Positions 1 to 24,769 of a stretch of DNA of 64,000 nt are shown piece by piece. This DNA is from Eledone cirrhosa (taxonomy: Eukaryota). A program made the position numbers and the translations under genes. The notes beneath the pieces are model-generated. The model saw only the letters and a program-made list of their open reading frames with translations, did not search any database and was not told where the DNA came from. Every line of letters starts with the position of its first letter. The stretch's first letter is position 1. The DNA lies in assembly GCA_964016885.1 (NCBI GenBank), contig OZ024763.1, positions 8,618,001 through 8,682,000 of the forward strand. The letters run 5' to 3'.

Positions 1-1657
1 AGACTGGACAGTGGAGAGTACACCATGTCCACATTACACCACAATAGACTGGACAGTGGAGAGTACACCATGTCCACATTTCACCACAATAGACTGGACA
101 GTGGAGAGTACACCATGTCCACATTTCACCACAATAGACTGGACAGTGGAGAGTACATCATGTCCACATTACACCACAATAGACTGGACAGTGGAGAGTA
201 CATCATGTCCACATTACACCACAATAGACTGGACAGTGGAGAGTACACCATGTCCACATTACACCACAATAGACTGGACAGTGGAGAGTACATCATGTCC
301 ACATTACACCACAATAGACTGGACAGTGGAGAGTACATCATGTCCACATTACACCACAATAGACTGGACAGTGGAGAGTACATCATGTCCACATTACACC
401 ACAATAGACTGGACAGTGGAGAGTACATCATGTCCACATTACACCACAATAGACTGGACAGTGGAGAGTACATCATGTCCACATTACACCACAATAGACT
501 GGACAGTGGAGAGTACATCATGTCCACATTAAACCACAATAGACTGGACAGTGGAGAGTACACCATGTCCACATTACACCACAATAGACTGGACAGTGGA
601 GAGTACACCATGTCCACATTACACCACAATAGACTGGACAGTGGAGAGTACACCATGTCCACATTACACCACAATAGACTGGACAGTGGAGAGTACATCA
701 TGTCCACATTACACCACAATAGACTGGACAGTGGAGAGTACATCATGCGCACATTACACCACAATAGACTGGACAGTGGAGAGTACATCATGTCCACATT
801 ACACCACAATAGACTGGACAGTGGAGAGTACATCATGTCCACATTACACCACAATAGACTGGACATTGGAGAGTACATCATGTCCACATTACACCACAAT
901 AGACTGGACAGTGGAGAGTACATCATGTCCACATTACACCACAATAGACTGGACAGTGGAGAGTACATCATGCGCACATTACACCACAATAGACTGGACA
1001 GTGGAGAGTACATCATGTCCACATTACACCACAATAGACTGGACAGTGGAGAGTACATCATGCGCACATTACACCACAATAGACTGGACAGTGGAGAGTA
1101 CATCATGTCCACATTACACCACAATAGACTGGACAGTGGAGAGTACATCATGTCCACATTACACCACAATAGACTGGACATTGGAGAGTACACCATGTCC
1201 ACATTACACCACAATAGACTGGACAGTGGAGAGTACATCATGTCCACATTACACCACAATAGACTGGACAGTGGAGAGTACATCATGCGCACATTACACC
1301 ACAATAGACTGGACAGTGGAGAGTACATCATGTCCACATTACACCACAATAGACTGGACAGTGGAGAGTACATCATGTCCACATTACACCACAATAGACT
1401 GGACAGTGGAGAGTACATCATGTCCACATTACACCACAATAGACTGGACAGTGGAGAGTACACCATGTCCACATTACACCACAATAGACTGGACAGTGGA
1501 GAGTACACCATGTCCACATTTCACCACAATAGACTGGACAGTGGAGAGTACACCATGTCCACATTACACCACAATAGACTGGACAGTGGAGAGTACACCA
1601 TGTCCACATTACACCACAATAGACTGGACAGTGGAGAGTACACCATGTCCACAATAG
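1..1657. repeat. 45-bp tandem minisatellite (runs off the left edge)
   Basis: Unit AGACTGGACAGTGGAGAGTACA(C/T)CATGTCCACATTACACCACAAT repeated ~36 times. A diverged single copy lies near 2231. It explains ORFs 11..532, 25..1788 and 126..1517. Confidence 0.97.
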
Positions 1658-1980
1658 CCACATTAGGCTCGCGAGATGGAATGGCTCTTTCAGCGCATCT
1701 CACTCACCATCCTCCATGGAAATGCCTTCTCTATTCTGTCTGGTGGGGCTGTGGGGTGGCCAGCGTGTGGGACCCCATTTGCTTATAATAGTGAGAGATG
1801 TGGAGGGTGAAAAAGACGGGGGCGATGACAGTGGGTGTTTGGCTCCTCTATGTTCAGACCTGGTGTACATGTGAGAGATGTGGAGGGCGAAGGAGATGGA
1901 GGCAATAACAGTGGGTGTTCCAGACCTGGTCTACATGTGTGTGTATGTTTACTTTGATATTATACACTTGGCTATATATA

Positions 1981-2128
1981 TAGAAGTAGTGACACAGCAG
2001 TTCACCATAACGAGAACAATTATTTCACCTTATGCGGATCCGTATAACCATGGCCACTACGAGCTGAAGATCCGCATAAGTTGAAACAATTGTTCTCGGT
2101 ATGGTGAACTGTTGTGTCACTACATCTA
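1981..2128. mobile_element. 60-bp inverted repeat containing a hammerhead-like motif (putative Penelope-like element terminus)
   Basis: Arms 1981-2040 and 2069-2128 are reverse complements with ~5 mismatches. 2060-2098 reads CGAG-CTGAAGA-...-GAAACAATTGTT-CTCG. Confidence 0.65.
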
Positions 2129-2556
2129 CCAAAGTCGTCCCATGGACTGAGTGCTCTACCACTACGGATATTACCTTCCACCTCTCTCTCGCGCTCTCTC
2201 TCTTCTAGGATCTGTAATCCTATATCTCCCAATAGACTGGACAGTAGACAGCACAGCATGTCCTACCCAAGAACTTAAGGCTCCCTTCTATCCAGATATC
2301 GAACTCACACCCTTAAAATCAGGAGACCATCAACATAATCACTGACACGACTCTAGCTATTGAACATGTCTGAAGAAAATTTCAGATTTTTCCAATAGAT
2401 TTGTCATCAATATTCAAACATAATATGTAGGTCATCAATGATAAAAATATACTAGCACAGCATTGCTGTCTCCTATAATAGAGGTGGTGTTAGACATATT
2501 GGATTGTTGTGGTCCACAATGGTATGGTAGGTGTTCTATATACACACACACACACA

Positions 2557-2656
2557 CAGGGTGTCCCAAAACAATGTATACACAAAGGCTGTGCATTCTA
2601 ATAGATATTGTCTGTACAGGTAATCAATGTCTGTATACATTTTTGGGGGACACCTT
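2557..2656. mobile_element. Tc1/mariner-like MITE
   Basis: CAGGGTGTCCC...GGGGACACC terminal inverted repeats. Related copies at ~7443-7545, 12245-12340, 20683 and 33700-33777. Confidence 0.6.
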
Positions 2657-3564
2657 ATATGCCTGACGTGTGTGAATGTATATATATATATATAATGTGA
2701 GTGTCGCGTTCAATCGGAGGTAACCACAGTAAGTAAGGTACTCAATACATTAGTAGAGTGTAAACATCATTCTTTCTTGATGATTTTTCTTTTGGATGAA
2801 ACAGTTTTAGTCCTGTAGAAGCCATTCCTATATGAAACATGATATATATATATATATACACGTCAGTAATGATACAAAATGGTGAATATAGGTTTGCCTA
2901 AGAGGATCCCTAGAGTTTGTTAATTACTGGACGATATTCAAATATCAAACAGTACAATCTATATATTGTGTACGAGCCCCCCCCCCCCCCCCCCCCAACC
3001 TGAAGTGCCCCGGGACCCTCAAGGTGTAAGCCCAACCCTGACCAGGGCTACATTATCTTATGTGATTTAAGTGAGGTTTTGGCTGCTATTTCTAGTTTGA
3101 ATGAACTCATACAGGCTACCACCCCCGTTCGTTGTTTTGACTGTTGGCAGTCTGTCACTCTCTATCACTTCCTTTTTCCTTCTCTGTTTCTGTCTCTCTA
3201 TCTCTCTCTAGTCACTTCCTCTTTCTCTCTGTCTCTCTGGCTCACCTCAATCTTTCTCTCTCTCTAGTTCCCCCTCACTTTATCTGTCTGTCACTTACTT
3301 CCGCTTTCGTTGTCTGTTTTTTTTTTGTCTATCTTTATCTCGTCTCAGTCACTCCCTCCCTCGTTTCTCCACGTGGTTCTTGTTTATTTCTATCGTTGTC
3401 TATTTCCTTCTCTCTCCCCTCTCTCTCTATATATATGTTTTCTATCCCTTTCATTTATATATATATATATATATATGCAAAAGATTTATTTAAAATTGTT
3501 GGGTTACAACGAGTAAATATTTTATAACTGATATAAAAGCACTCAACAGTTTTTGGAGTAGGTT

Positions 3565-4132
3565 TACGATATTAAACAAATGGAAACTATATTTATAAAT
3601 GGAAGTTGCATTATTCTAAGGTATGTCAAAATTATTTATAAAACAGCTTATATATTGTATTTTATCTGAAGAAGGCATACCATATTTTTAATATGATATC
3701 CCAGAAATATATATAACGAAATAAATATAGTTTCCATTTGTTTAATATCGTATATATATATATATATTTCCATTTTGACGCTATAGTCACATATATTATG
3801 GAATACTGTTGGCTTCTTGCTACAATAATCTCTGTACTTTTCATTTATATATATATATATATTCTCATAATCAAAATATATACTTTATTATATATATTTC
3901 AAAGGTATTGTGTTGTTTTTTCAGTACGTACTCATCAGACAAAATATATGAATTTTATATATATATTTTGTCTGATGAGGACGTATTGAAAAAACAACAC
4001 AGTACCTTTGAATTATATATAATAAAGTATATATTTTGAATAATATTAAAAACTCCAGGAAGACTTTCTTTGTTGAGTGCTTCTGATCTATTGTAAAATT
4101 GTATTCATTGAGTAATCAACGAACCATACTAA

Positions 4133-4193
<61 letters not shown>

Positions 4194-4350
4194 GATATTA
4201 ACAAATGGAAACTATATTTATAAAACCATATTTATTTCATTATACATATTTCAAGGACACCAAGTTAAATTATGGTGTGCTTTCATCAGATAAAATATAA
4301 TATAGATCAGTTTTATAAATAAATATTGACATACCCTTAAAGAATGCAAC
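3565..4350. mobile_element. Nested inverted-repeat cluster with hammerhead motifs (Penelope-like remnants)
   Basis: ~3605-3720 is inverted relative to ~4235-4350, and ~3870-3948 is inverted relative to ~3962-4039. Each arm carries CTGA(T/A)GA...GAA(A/T). Confidence 0.6.
4235..4295 (-). ncRNA. Putative minimal type I hammerhead ribozyme
   Basis: Minus strand: TTTTAT CTGATGA AAG-CACACCA-loop-TGGTGT-CCTT GAAA T-ATGT-A TA| ATGAAA. Conserved core, stem I and stem II all pair. Confidence 0.65.
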
Positions 4351-4774
4351 CATTACTGTTGGAAGCTCCCGGATAGTGGAGTTGTAGCTTTAATTATATT
4401 ATTAGTATTCTATAATATATATATATATATATTTACACAAATCGGGTGAATAACTTTGACTGGGGGAAGATTGTGGTGTATATGTTGAATGATAGAGAGG
4501 GAGAGGCATTTAGTGTTGAGGTCGTGTGAATAACTAGAGGTGGGGGGGGGGGGCTACTTGGTAAACTTTGATCGGGTGAATAACCAGAGGGAGAGGTGGT
4601 GGTATAAGTTGTCTCCCTCTTATCTTCCGGGAAGATAACACTTCATATTTTTAATCCACTGGGACCACGAGGTGATTTGTGTGTGTATGGGGGTCTGGGT
4701 TCTGTAACCCTTGAGAACCTTCTCCCACACTGCTGGCCCGGGGCTCGGGTCATTGGGGTAGCGATGATTGAGTA

Positions 4775-4826
<52 letters not shown>

Positions 4827-4976
4827 ACAAATCATCAGGGTTTTTCCTGATGATTTCCTTCTAATGAAACAGTTCTAGTCCTGTAGAAGCCATTTCTATG
4901 TTAAATGCTGTTGTATACACTCTACTAATGTATTGAGTACCTTACTTACTGTGGTTACCTCCGATTGAACCAGGGT

Positions 4977-5019
<43 letters not shown>

Positions 5020-6206
5020 GATGGATTCAGTTTAAAACTGGGTAGACCACCATTAGTCACCAGAGTACTCATACTCAATACTTGGTGGTTTTATATATAT
5101 ATACCAAGAGATAATAGGAAAAGAGCCAGGACTCCGGCCGTTTCGACAGCTAGGTCTGGACTCTGTCGAAACGGCCGGAGCTCAGCCGTCGGGGTCCTGA
5201 CTTTTTCCCTATTACCCACTCTACTACCCCAAGTATTGAGTACTCGGGTGGGTTATGGTCCACCTGGTATCTTACGACACCTTCTTTGTTATATACCGAG
5301 AGGGAGAGAGAGAGAAAGAAAATATGGTTATACGAATGAGTTCCAGGAACTAGCTGTTGAAACGGCAAGAGCTCGGCCGTCGGGGTCATGACTCATTCAT
5401 TCACGTATATGTATGTATACTTAATCAATTAAACCGGCCAGCGTGTTATATCATAATTTATGGGTGTTTATTTAATTTATTTAATCCTAGGTCAGTCAGC
5501 TTTTTATATATTAACAAGTTGGATGATAGATGAAGTTGATAAACTGGAGTGGTGAGGACTGAAATAGTGACAAGGGTGGGGGAGATGGAGGCAGTGACAG
5601 TGGCAGTTTGGTTCCACCTGGTGTATATATATATATATGTATGTGTGTGTGTATATATATATATGTGTGTGTGTGTATGTGTGTATTTATATTTACCGCA
5701 CTAGTGATGCTTATAGTTGATTATATATCCTGGAGTGAGAGAGAGGATTAATTATTTTAATAGACCGACAGACAGGCGTAGATTAATAAAGAGACTCTTA
5801 GGGGGAGATGGTTAACTTTATTAGACAGACACAGACGTAGATTAGAGAGAGACGGGGATAGACGGACTGAGAAATAAGAGAGACAGGTATGTTACTTATT
5901 ATACAAGAGATGGAAGTGAAAGAATGAGGTAGATGAGACGAGAAATAGTTTAAAAGAGACAGTGGGAATTTGGTTCCATTGTATTTGGACCTGGTGTGTA
6001 TATATATATATATATTTATATTTATTTACCACATGTTACATATATACATCGTTTATTTATATATTTTCATCTTTAGGACAATATTAGAGAAAGACATTGA
6101 AAGGAAATAGAGACAGGTTCCCTTTTATGTTTAATTTTTTTTGTCCCGCCATCAACATCTTAAACAAAGCTTTCTCTTTTTGTCATTTCGTTGAGAAACA
6201 GAAGTG

Positions 6207-6263
<57 letters not shown>

Positions 6264-6483
6264 TTCTGTGTGTATATATGATAGAATGCCTATATATATC
6301 ACTGACTGGGTGGATAAAATATCGTTATTGTATGATATTCTATATATATATATATGTTTATTTCTCTGAATAAGATACCTTAACGATGTCTTATTTTATT
6401 GAAATGTGATGTATATTTGTGACACATTTTAATTATGTATAATTAATACATGTGTGTATATATATATATATTGTGTGTGTGAG

Positions 6484-6514
<31 letters not shown>

Positions 6515-6922
6515 GTGTGTGTGTATAGATATGTGTGTCTGAGAATATATGTATATGTGGCAACAGGACAACCCGTCTAACCCATGCTAGCATGGAAGAA
6601 CGGACGTAAAACGATGATGATGATGAGTATATATGTTTGTGTAGGTGTGTGTATGTATATATATATAATAGACGAGCAAGTCTGTGTGTATAATTTCATT
6701 GTACACGTTTCTGTATGTGTTGGAATTTTTATCATTGTTTGATAAATTGTAAAACATTACTCGAGCGAGATACACGGACATCTAACATTTTAATCCACTT
6801 CTACGTATGTGTGTATATATAGTGTATTCGTGAGTGAATATATATATGTGTGTGTGTGTGTGTGTGTATATATAGTGTATTCGTGAGTGAATATATATAG
6901 TGTATTCGTGAGTGAATATATA

Positions 6923-6964
<42 letters not shown>

Positions 6965-7001
6965 GTGTACTCGTGAGTATATGTGTGTATGAGCGTGTGT
7001 T

Positions 7002-7032
<31 letters not shown>

Positions 7033-7210
7033 TTTAAGTGAAAAAACTATTTGTGGGAGTAGAAGCCAGACAGACCCCAAAACATTTTAGTCTATCTCAG
7101 TAATATATCGACATATATTTGTGTTTATATATATATACACACCGCCGAGCAATCTTGCCTCAAGTGGGACAAACCCGTCCAACCCATGCTTGCGTTGAAG
7201 ATGGACGTGA

Positions 7211-7277
<67 letters not shown>

Positions 7278-7395
7278 GAAAGTGAACAACACAAAATATA
7301 ACTACTCCATTACCAAAGGTTTCTGGATCACAGACGATAATAATATATGTCTGGATCGTTCGTCAAACAGGGATGTTAGAGATAAAAGATTTGAA

Positions 7396-7444
<49 letters not shown>

Positions 7445-7996
7445 GGGTGTCCCCCAAAATATATACACACTTTGATTGCTTTTAAAGGCAATATTTATTA
7501 GAATGCTGTTGGGCGTGTGTATACATTTGTTTGGGGTCACCCTGTGTGTGTAATGCACTTGAATTGTGGTGATTCCCAGGAAAAGAAACAAAAAGGAATT
7601 TCTGTCCATTTTGCTCCAGTTTCCTGTGTCTTCTTCTCTTCTGTCTACTCTCAGATTTTCCCAACTTTTCCCCAATTTCTTACAACATAGCTACGGTGTA
7701 TCAGCAAAGCTAGTTGGTATTTTCTCTGTACTCTTCTTTAGAGAAGTATTGTGTGGTTATTATCAAAGTTCAACATATATAACAGGAATAAATGAAAATT
7801 ATATTAGTTCTCAAACTGATTTCCTTTTAAACCTCAGTTTCTTTTTTTTAAAATTACATTCTTTCTACATTAATTAATTATAATAATTAACGTCACACAA
7901 TTTCTCTCTTTCTCTCCCATTATATATATATATACACATCACACACACATATATTGTCCCAGAAAAATGTATGCCCTTCAATAGCATTCTAATCAG

Positions 7997-9312
7997 AATG
8001 TGTATACATATATATCTATGTATATACATATGTATGTGTATATATATGTATGTATATATATATGCTTGTATATACATATGTATGTGTATATATATGCATG
8101 TATATACATATGTATGTGTATATATATGCATGTATATACATATGTATGTGTATATATATGTATGTATATACATATGTATGTGTATATATATGTATGTATA
8201 TATATATGTATGTATATACATATGTATGTGTATATATATGTATGTATATACATATGTATGTGTATATATATGTATGTATATACATATGTATGTGTATATA
8301 TATGTATGTATATACATATGTATGTGTATATATATGTATGTGTATATATATGTATGTGTATATATATGTATGTGTATATATATGCTTGTATATACATATG
8401 TATGTGTATATATATGCATGTATATACATATGTATGTGTATATATATGCATGTATATACATATGTATGTGTATATATATGCATGTATATACATATGTATG
8501 TGTATATATATGCATGTATATACATATGTATGTGTATATATATGCATGTATATACATATGTATGTGTATATATATGTATGTATATACATATGTATGTGTA
8601 TATATATGTATGTATATATATATGTATGTATATACATATGTATGTGTATATATATGTATGTGTATATATATGTATGTGTATATATATGTATGTGTATATA
8701 TATGTATGTATATACATATGTATGTATATACATATGTATGTATATACATATGTATGTGTATATATATGTATGTGTATATATATGCATGTATATACATATG
8801 TATGTGTATATATATGTATGTATATACATATGTATGTGTATATATATGTATGTGTATATATATGTATGTGTATATATATATGTATGTATATACATATGTA
8901 TGTGTATATATATGTATGTATATACATATGTATGTGTATATATATGTATGTATATACATATGTATGTGTATATATATGTATGTGTATATATATGTATGTA
9001 TATACATATGTATGTGTATATATATGTATGTGTATATATATGTATGTGTATACATATGTATGTGTATATATATGTATGTGTATATATATGTATGTGTATA
9101 TATATGTATGTGTATACATATGTATGTGTATATATATGTATGTGTATATATATGTATGTGTATACATATGTATGTGTATACATATGTATGTGTATATATA
9201 TGTATGTGTATATATATGTATGTGTATATATATGTATGTGTATATATATGCATGTATATACATATGTATGTATATACATATGTATGTGTATATATATATC
9301 TATATATGTATA
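7997..9312. repeat. Complex (TA/TG/CA)n microsatellite tract
   Basis: Low-complexity ATATATGTATGTGT variants; source of the spurious YIYM/HTYI ORFs. Confidence 0.95.
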
Positions 9313-9477
9313 ATGGAAATTTCAAATTCCTATCCAAACAAAGTCACTTTTCTCATTGTTCACTGTAAAGTATCCATTCTACTTGTTTGGGTCTGTATTT
9401 TTAATATTGCAAACTTTTTTGAGTTGAACTAACGACCAAGGCCATGCTAATTACATCTGATTAGCTTCGTTCATCAT

Positions 9478-9902
9478 CATCATCACCATTTTACGTCAAT
9501 TTGTCCATGCTAGCATGGGTTAGACGAGTTGTCCTGTTGTGGTGAATGCTAGGTCATATGACCATGTCTTGCCCATACAGAACTGATTCTCGCTTGGTTT
9601 CTACACCCGGATGCTCTTCCTAACGCGAACCTCAATTACGGAGTGTACTGGGTGTTTTTTGTCGTGACACCTACACCGCAACATTTACAGTGTGGACTGG
9701 GTGCTTTTTGTCATGACACCTACACGACCACTTTACATTGTGGACTGGGTGCTTTTTGATGTGACACTTACATGACCACTTTACAGAGTGGACTGGGTGC
9801 TTTTTGTCTTGACACCTACATGACCACTTTACAGAGTGGACTGGGTGCGTTTTGTCTTGACACCTACATGACCACTTTACAGTGTGGACTGGGTACTTTT
9901 TG
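9478..9902 (-). mobile_element. SINE 3' part with internal ~48-bp tandem amplification
   Basis: (CAT)n tail and CCATGCTAGCATGGGTTAGACG motif, then ~5 copies of GACACCTACATGACCACTTTACAGAGTGGACTGGGTGC. A similar array is at 47800-48000. Confidence 0.7.
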
Positions 9903-10063
9903 TTGTCTTTGATATTTATTTAATGGCAGTTGATGTAAAAAGATGTTTATTTATTACTTTGCTATTTTTCTTCCTTCCATCCATTGGCCTTCCATCTAAA
10001 AGAGCTGTGGAACTTAGAAATTGGTAAGTTCCCCCCATCAGAGGAAGGAGAAGAACAACAGAA

Positions 10064-21155
<11,092 letters not shown>

Positions 21156-21499
21156 TACCACACCATTGCCCCCTGCCCCAGCCAAGCCCTTCCCTCACCT
21201 GTCATCATCATCATAACCCTTTTCCCTTCAGTTCCTCTCTACACTCCCAGATCTCTCCCTCTCAAACATCGGAAGGCATGTGGCCTAGTGGTTAAGGTGT
21301 TGAGACTCACTGTTATAAAGATGTCGGTTCGATACCCAGGCTGGAGCTTCTGGGTTTGATACCCAGGCTGGCAGCCTCTAGGTTTGATACCCAGGCTGGC
21401 AGCCTCTGGGTTTGATTCCCAGGCTGGCAGCCTCTAAGGTGTTGGGACTCACTATCATAAAGGATGTGGGTTCAATTCCCAGACTGGGAGCCTCCTATC

Positions 21500-24440
21500 G
21501 CTGAAACACCTGAGAAGAAAAACCTCCTCATATGAGGCCAACTACATATACACAGGTGTGAGCTGTGACAATATGAGAGACTTTAAACACTCCCAAAAAA
21601 TCTACAAGATGCAATCTTGTAGGGGCCAGCTAAACCTACGCAGATGTGAGTTGTAATTGTAAGATATGACGGGGTCCTTTCATTAAAACACCCAAGTGTC
21701 CTATGAAGTACGACATTGTATGAAGCCTGCTTAGGTGTGTGTTGTAAGAACATGGTAGGTGTAGGGACCCTATCATTAAAACACTTCATAAAAACCTCCT
21801 ATGAGATACAATGCTAGCTAAACCTGCATTCGTAGGGGCTGTAACAACATGATAGCCCCAATGGTCCCTATCATTAAAACACCTAGGATATTTCCTATGA
21901 GATAACTTTGAATTTCATGATAGGTCTTGGGCCCTTACCATTAAAACACTTTAGAAACCTCCAATGAGATAACAACCTCATAGGAGGCTAGCTAAACCTG
22001 CATTGGTAGAGGCTGTGACATGATAATACAAGACCCCTATCAGTAAAAACCCCTGGGAAATCTATGATTTGTACATTATTCTATGTACTCTACATGCACC
22101 TTTGATGAGTTGTAGTGCACTTGAGCACTGTACACAATAATTTTCATTATTTCATGCAACCTTGTAGGAGGTCCATGTAGAAAGGACCTGGAAAATATCC
22201 TATGATATACAATCTCGTCGGGGCCCAGCTAAACTTGATAGTACAGCGGCCCCTATCATTAAAATATCTGGGAAATATTCGACGATATACAATCTCGTAT
22301 GGGGTCCAGCTAAACCTACATTGGTAGGAGCTGTAAATTTCTTTCTCTCTTTCCCCTCTCTCAGTGTATCTCCTCCTCCTCCTTCCATAATTCCATTGCC
22401 TTTCATATATCTGCCCCTCCCCCAAAAACAATTATTAAACAAAAAACCAAAACAATTTTCATCTATTTCATTTCATGTTTTAATTCTTCCTCATACAATT
22501 TGTTTATGTTCGGAGTTCAAATCCAGTTGGGGGGGGGGGGGGGGGGGGGGCTGAGGTTTTCCAGAATCATTGGTAGAGGGAGGTCCCCCACCGTGTGCAA
22601 AAATAATCCCCTGGGGGGGTATCTTTTGTTGGCGATCTCTTCCAATTTTTCTGAGTTGAAAGAATCCCCAGCCATGGGTCAACTTTTGCCTTTCATCCTT
22701 CCGTAAAGTCAATAAAATAAAGTACCAGTCACATATTGGCGGGAGTCGGTATAATCAACCTTTTTTTTTTAACAAGACTCCAGGCCCGGGTCCCTTCCCT
22801 CCCTCCCTTCCAAAAAAAAAATTGTTGGCCCTGTGCCTAAATTAAAAACCATTGCTGTTGCTATTTTCTGTGGGTTGGCAGAATCGGTAGAGCGTCGGAC
22901 ATTCTTAACGGCATAGAGTTACGGCCCTTTGCGTTCTGAGCTGAAATTCCGCTGAGGTTAGCTTTAGCCTTTGATCCTTACACGGTGGGGTCGATAAAAT
23001 AAAGTACCAGTAATGCACTGGGGGTCGATTTAAATCGACTCCCCACCCTCCCCTACAACAACAAAAAAATTGTTGGCCTTGTGCCTAAATCAGAAACCAT
23101 TGCTGTTATTTTATCATAATCATCATCACTATCATAATCATCATCATCATCATCATCATCAGTGCGTTGGATTGGCAGAATTGGTAGAGCACCAGACAAT
23201 GATTCACCTTATGTCTTATTTTTAGTTATAAACACATTTCTTACATTCTGACTTTTTTTTTAATTTCGTTTAAAAATATATATTTTTTTTTTTTTAATTT
23301 TGTCTGCCTTATATTTCCTTGTGGAGAAGTTAGTGTGATAAAAATAAAGTACCAGTGATATACTGGGGGTGAAATATGATCAAATGTTCCCTTCTGGAGT
23401 TGTGTGTATGTTAGAAATGTTTTGTGAGATAGGATCTTGGCAGAATCGGTTGAGCAACTGACCAATGTGCCATAGGTGTGGGCTGTAACATAAGGGGACT
23501 GGCTCCTATGAGATACAGCCTAAGATACCAGGTAAACCTTTATAGGTGTGAACTGTGACAAAAACAATATAAAACTGGAATCCTTATAATTGACCCTTTA
23601 GCATTTCAACCGGCCAGAATTCCCTCGCCTCTTTCTGTTCAAACTGGCTGTAACTAGCCACTCATGTTTAGGTTAAGGTATTGTTCTCAAAATAAATATC
23701 AAAATCTCATAGATTCGATATTATGTGAGGTAAAGCCTTTACTGTGAAAATACAATAGTATATATAGAGTAGTGTAAATGTTATGTGAGGTAAAGCCTTT
23801 ACTGTGAAAATACAATAGTATATATAGAGTAGTGTAAATATGTGAGGCAAAGCCTTTACTGTGAAAATACAATAGTATATATAGTAATGTAAATGCTAAA
23901 GGGTTAAAACACCCAAGAAATTTATGAGATGCAATCTTGTAGCAGGCCAGCTAAACCTACAGGTGTGGACTGATGATAACGTGATAGGACTGGGGGGAGG
24001 GGGGACCTCTCCATTAAAACACCTAAGAAACTTCCTATGAGGCCAAGTAAACCTAAGAAGGTGGGAGCTGTAACAACATGATAGGATTGGGGCCCCTATC
24101 ATTAAAATAAAGGGTACATTCCAAGAAGATACCTCAGGAGGCCAGCTGAACCTACATAGGAGCTGTAACAACATGGCTGGGCCCCCCATCATTAACCCTT
24201 TAACATTTACATTATATTATTGTATTTTTGTGGTAAATGCTTTACCTTACATAATTATCTCACATAATATGGAATCTACAAGATTTTTGATGTTATTTAT
24301 TTTGAGAACAATACCTTCACACCAGTATGAGTGGCTAATTAAAGCCACTTTGAAGAGAATTCTGGCCGGTTTAAATGCTAAAGGGTTAAAACATTGGGTA
24401 CTTCCAGTGAGATACAACCTCGGGAGGCCAGCTAAACCTC
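21500..24440. repeat. Old degenerate tandem repeat (roughly 110-130 bp units) interrupted by SINEs and MITEs
   Basis: Recurring GCCAGCTAAACCT...GCTGTAACAACATGATAGG...CCCTATCATTAAAACAC...CCTATGAGATACAA. The same family recurs at 37750-38010. Confidence 0.65.
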
Positions 24441-24769
24441 TCCGGTCAAACAAACCAATGAACAGAAGAGATTACAGTCATGACCATCCTGAATTTTAAT
24501 GTGGAAGTGGCCGAGCATTCCACAAACTAATGCACCACACTTAACATAATTCTCAGGGAGATTCAGTAGGACTGCATGAAAGCTGGGCCTTTGAATTACA
24601 GCTACAACTTATCTTTGCTCAAGAACACAGAAATCAAACTCGTGGTCATACATTCATGAACAAAACACCATAACCACTGACTTATTTGCCTTCTCAAGGG
24701 TTATATTACATTAGATAGTTTGGAAACTGATAAAATATAAAAATACCATCTTTGTGCTACTTCTCCGAA

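Noticed and set aside
1-1657. CRISPR array or repeat-protein gene (587-aa ORF)
   Set aside because: Head-to-tail units with no unique spacers, no cas genes and a eukaryotic context. The ORFs follow from the 45-bp period.
1708-1781. Minus-strand exon candidate (aag|...ATG|gtgagt)
   Set aside because: The sequence is homologous to a dispersed repeat copy at ~27680-27800 (also 5560-5620 and 5920-5995), so it is a repeat rather than a gene exon.
7874-9432. Long YIYM/HTYI ORFs (also 15341-16444, 50235-50684, 56107-58176)
   Set aside because: Translations of TA/TG/CA microsatellites that lack stops; no protein-like composition.
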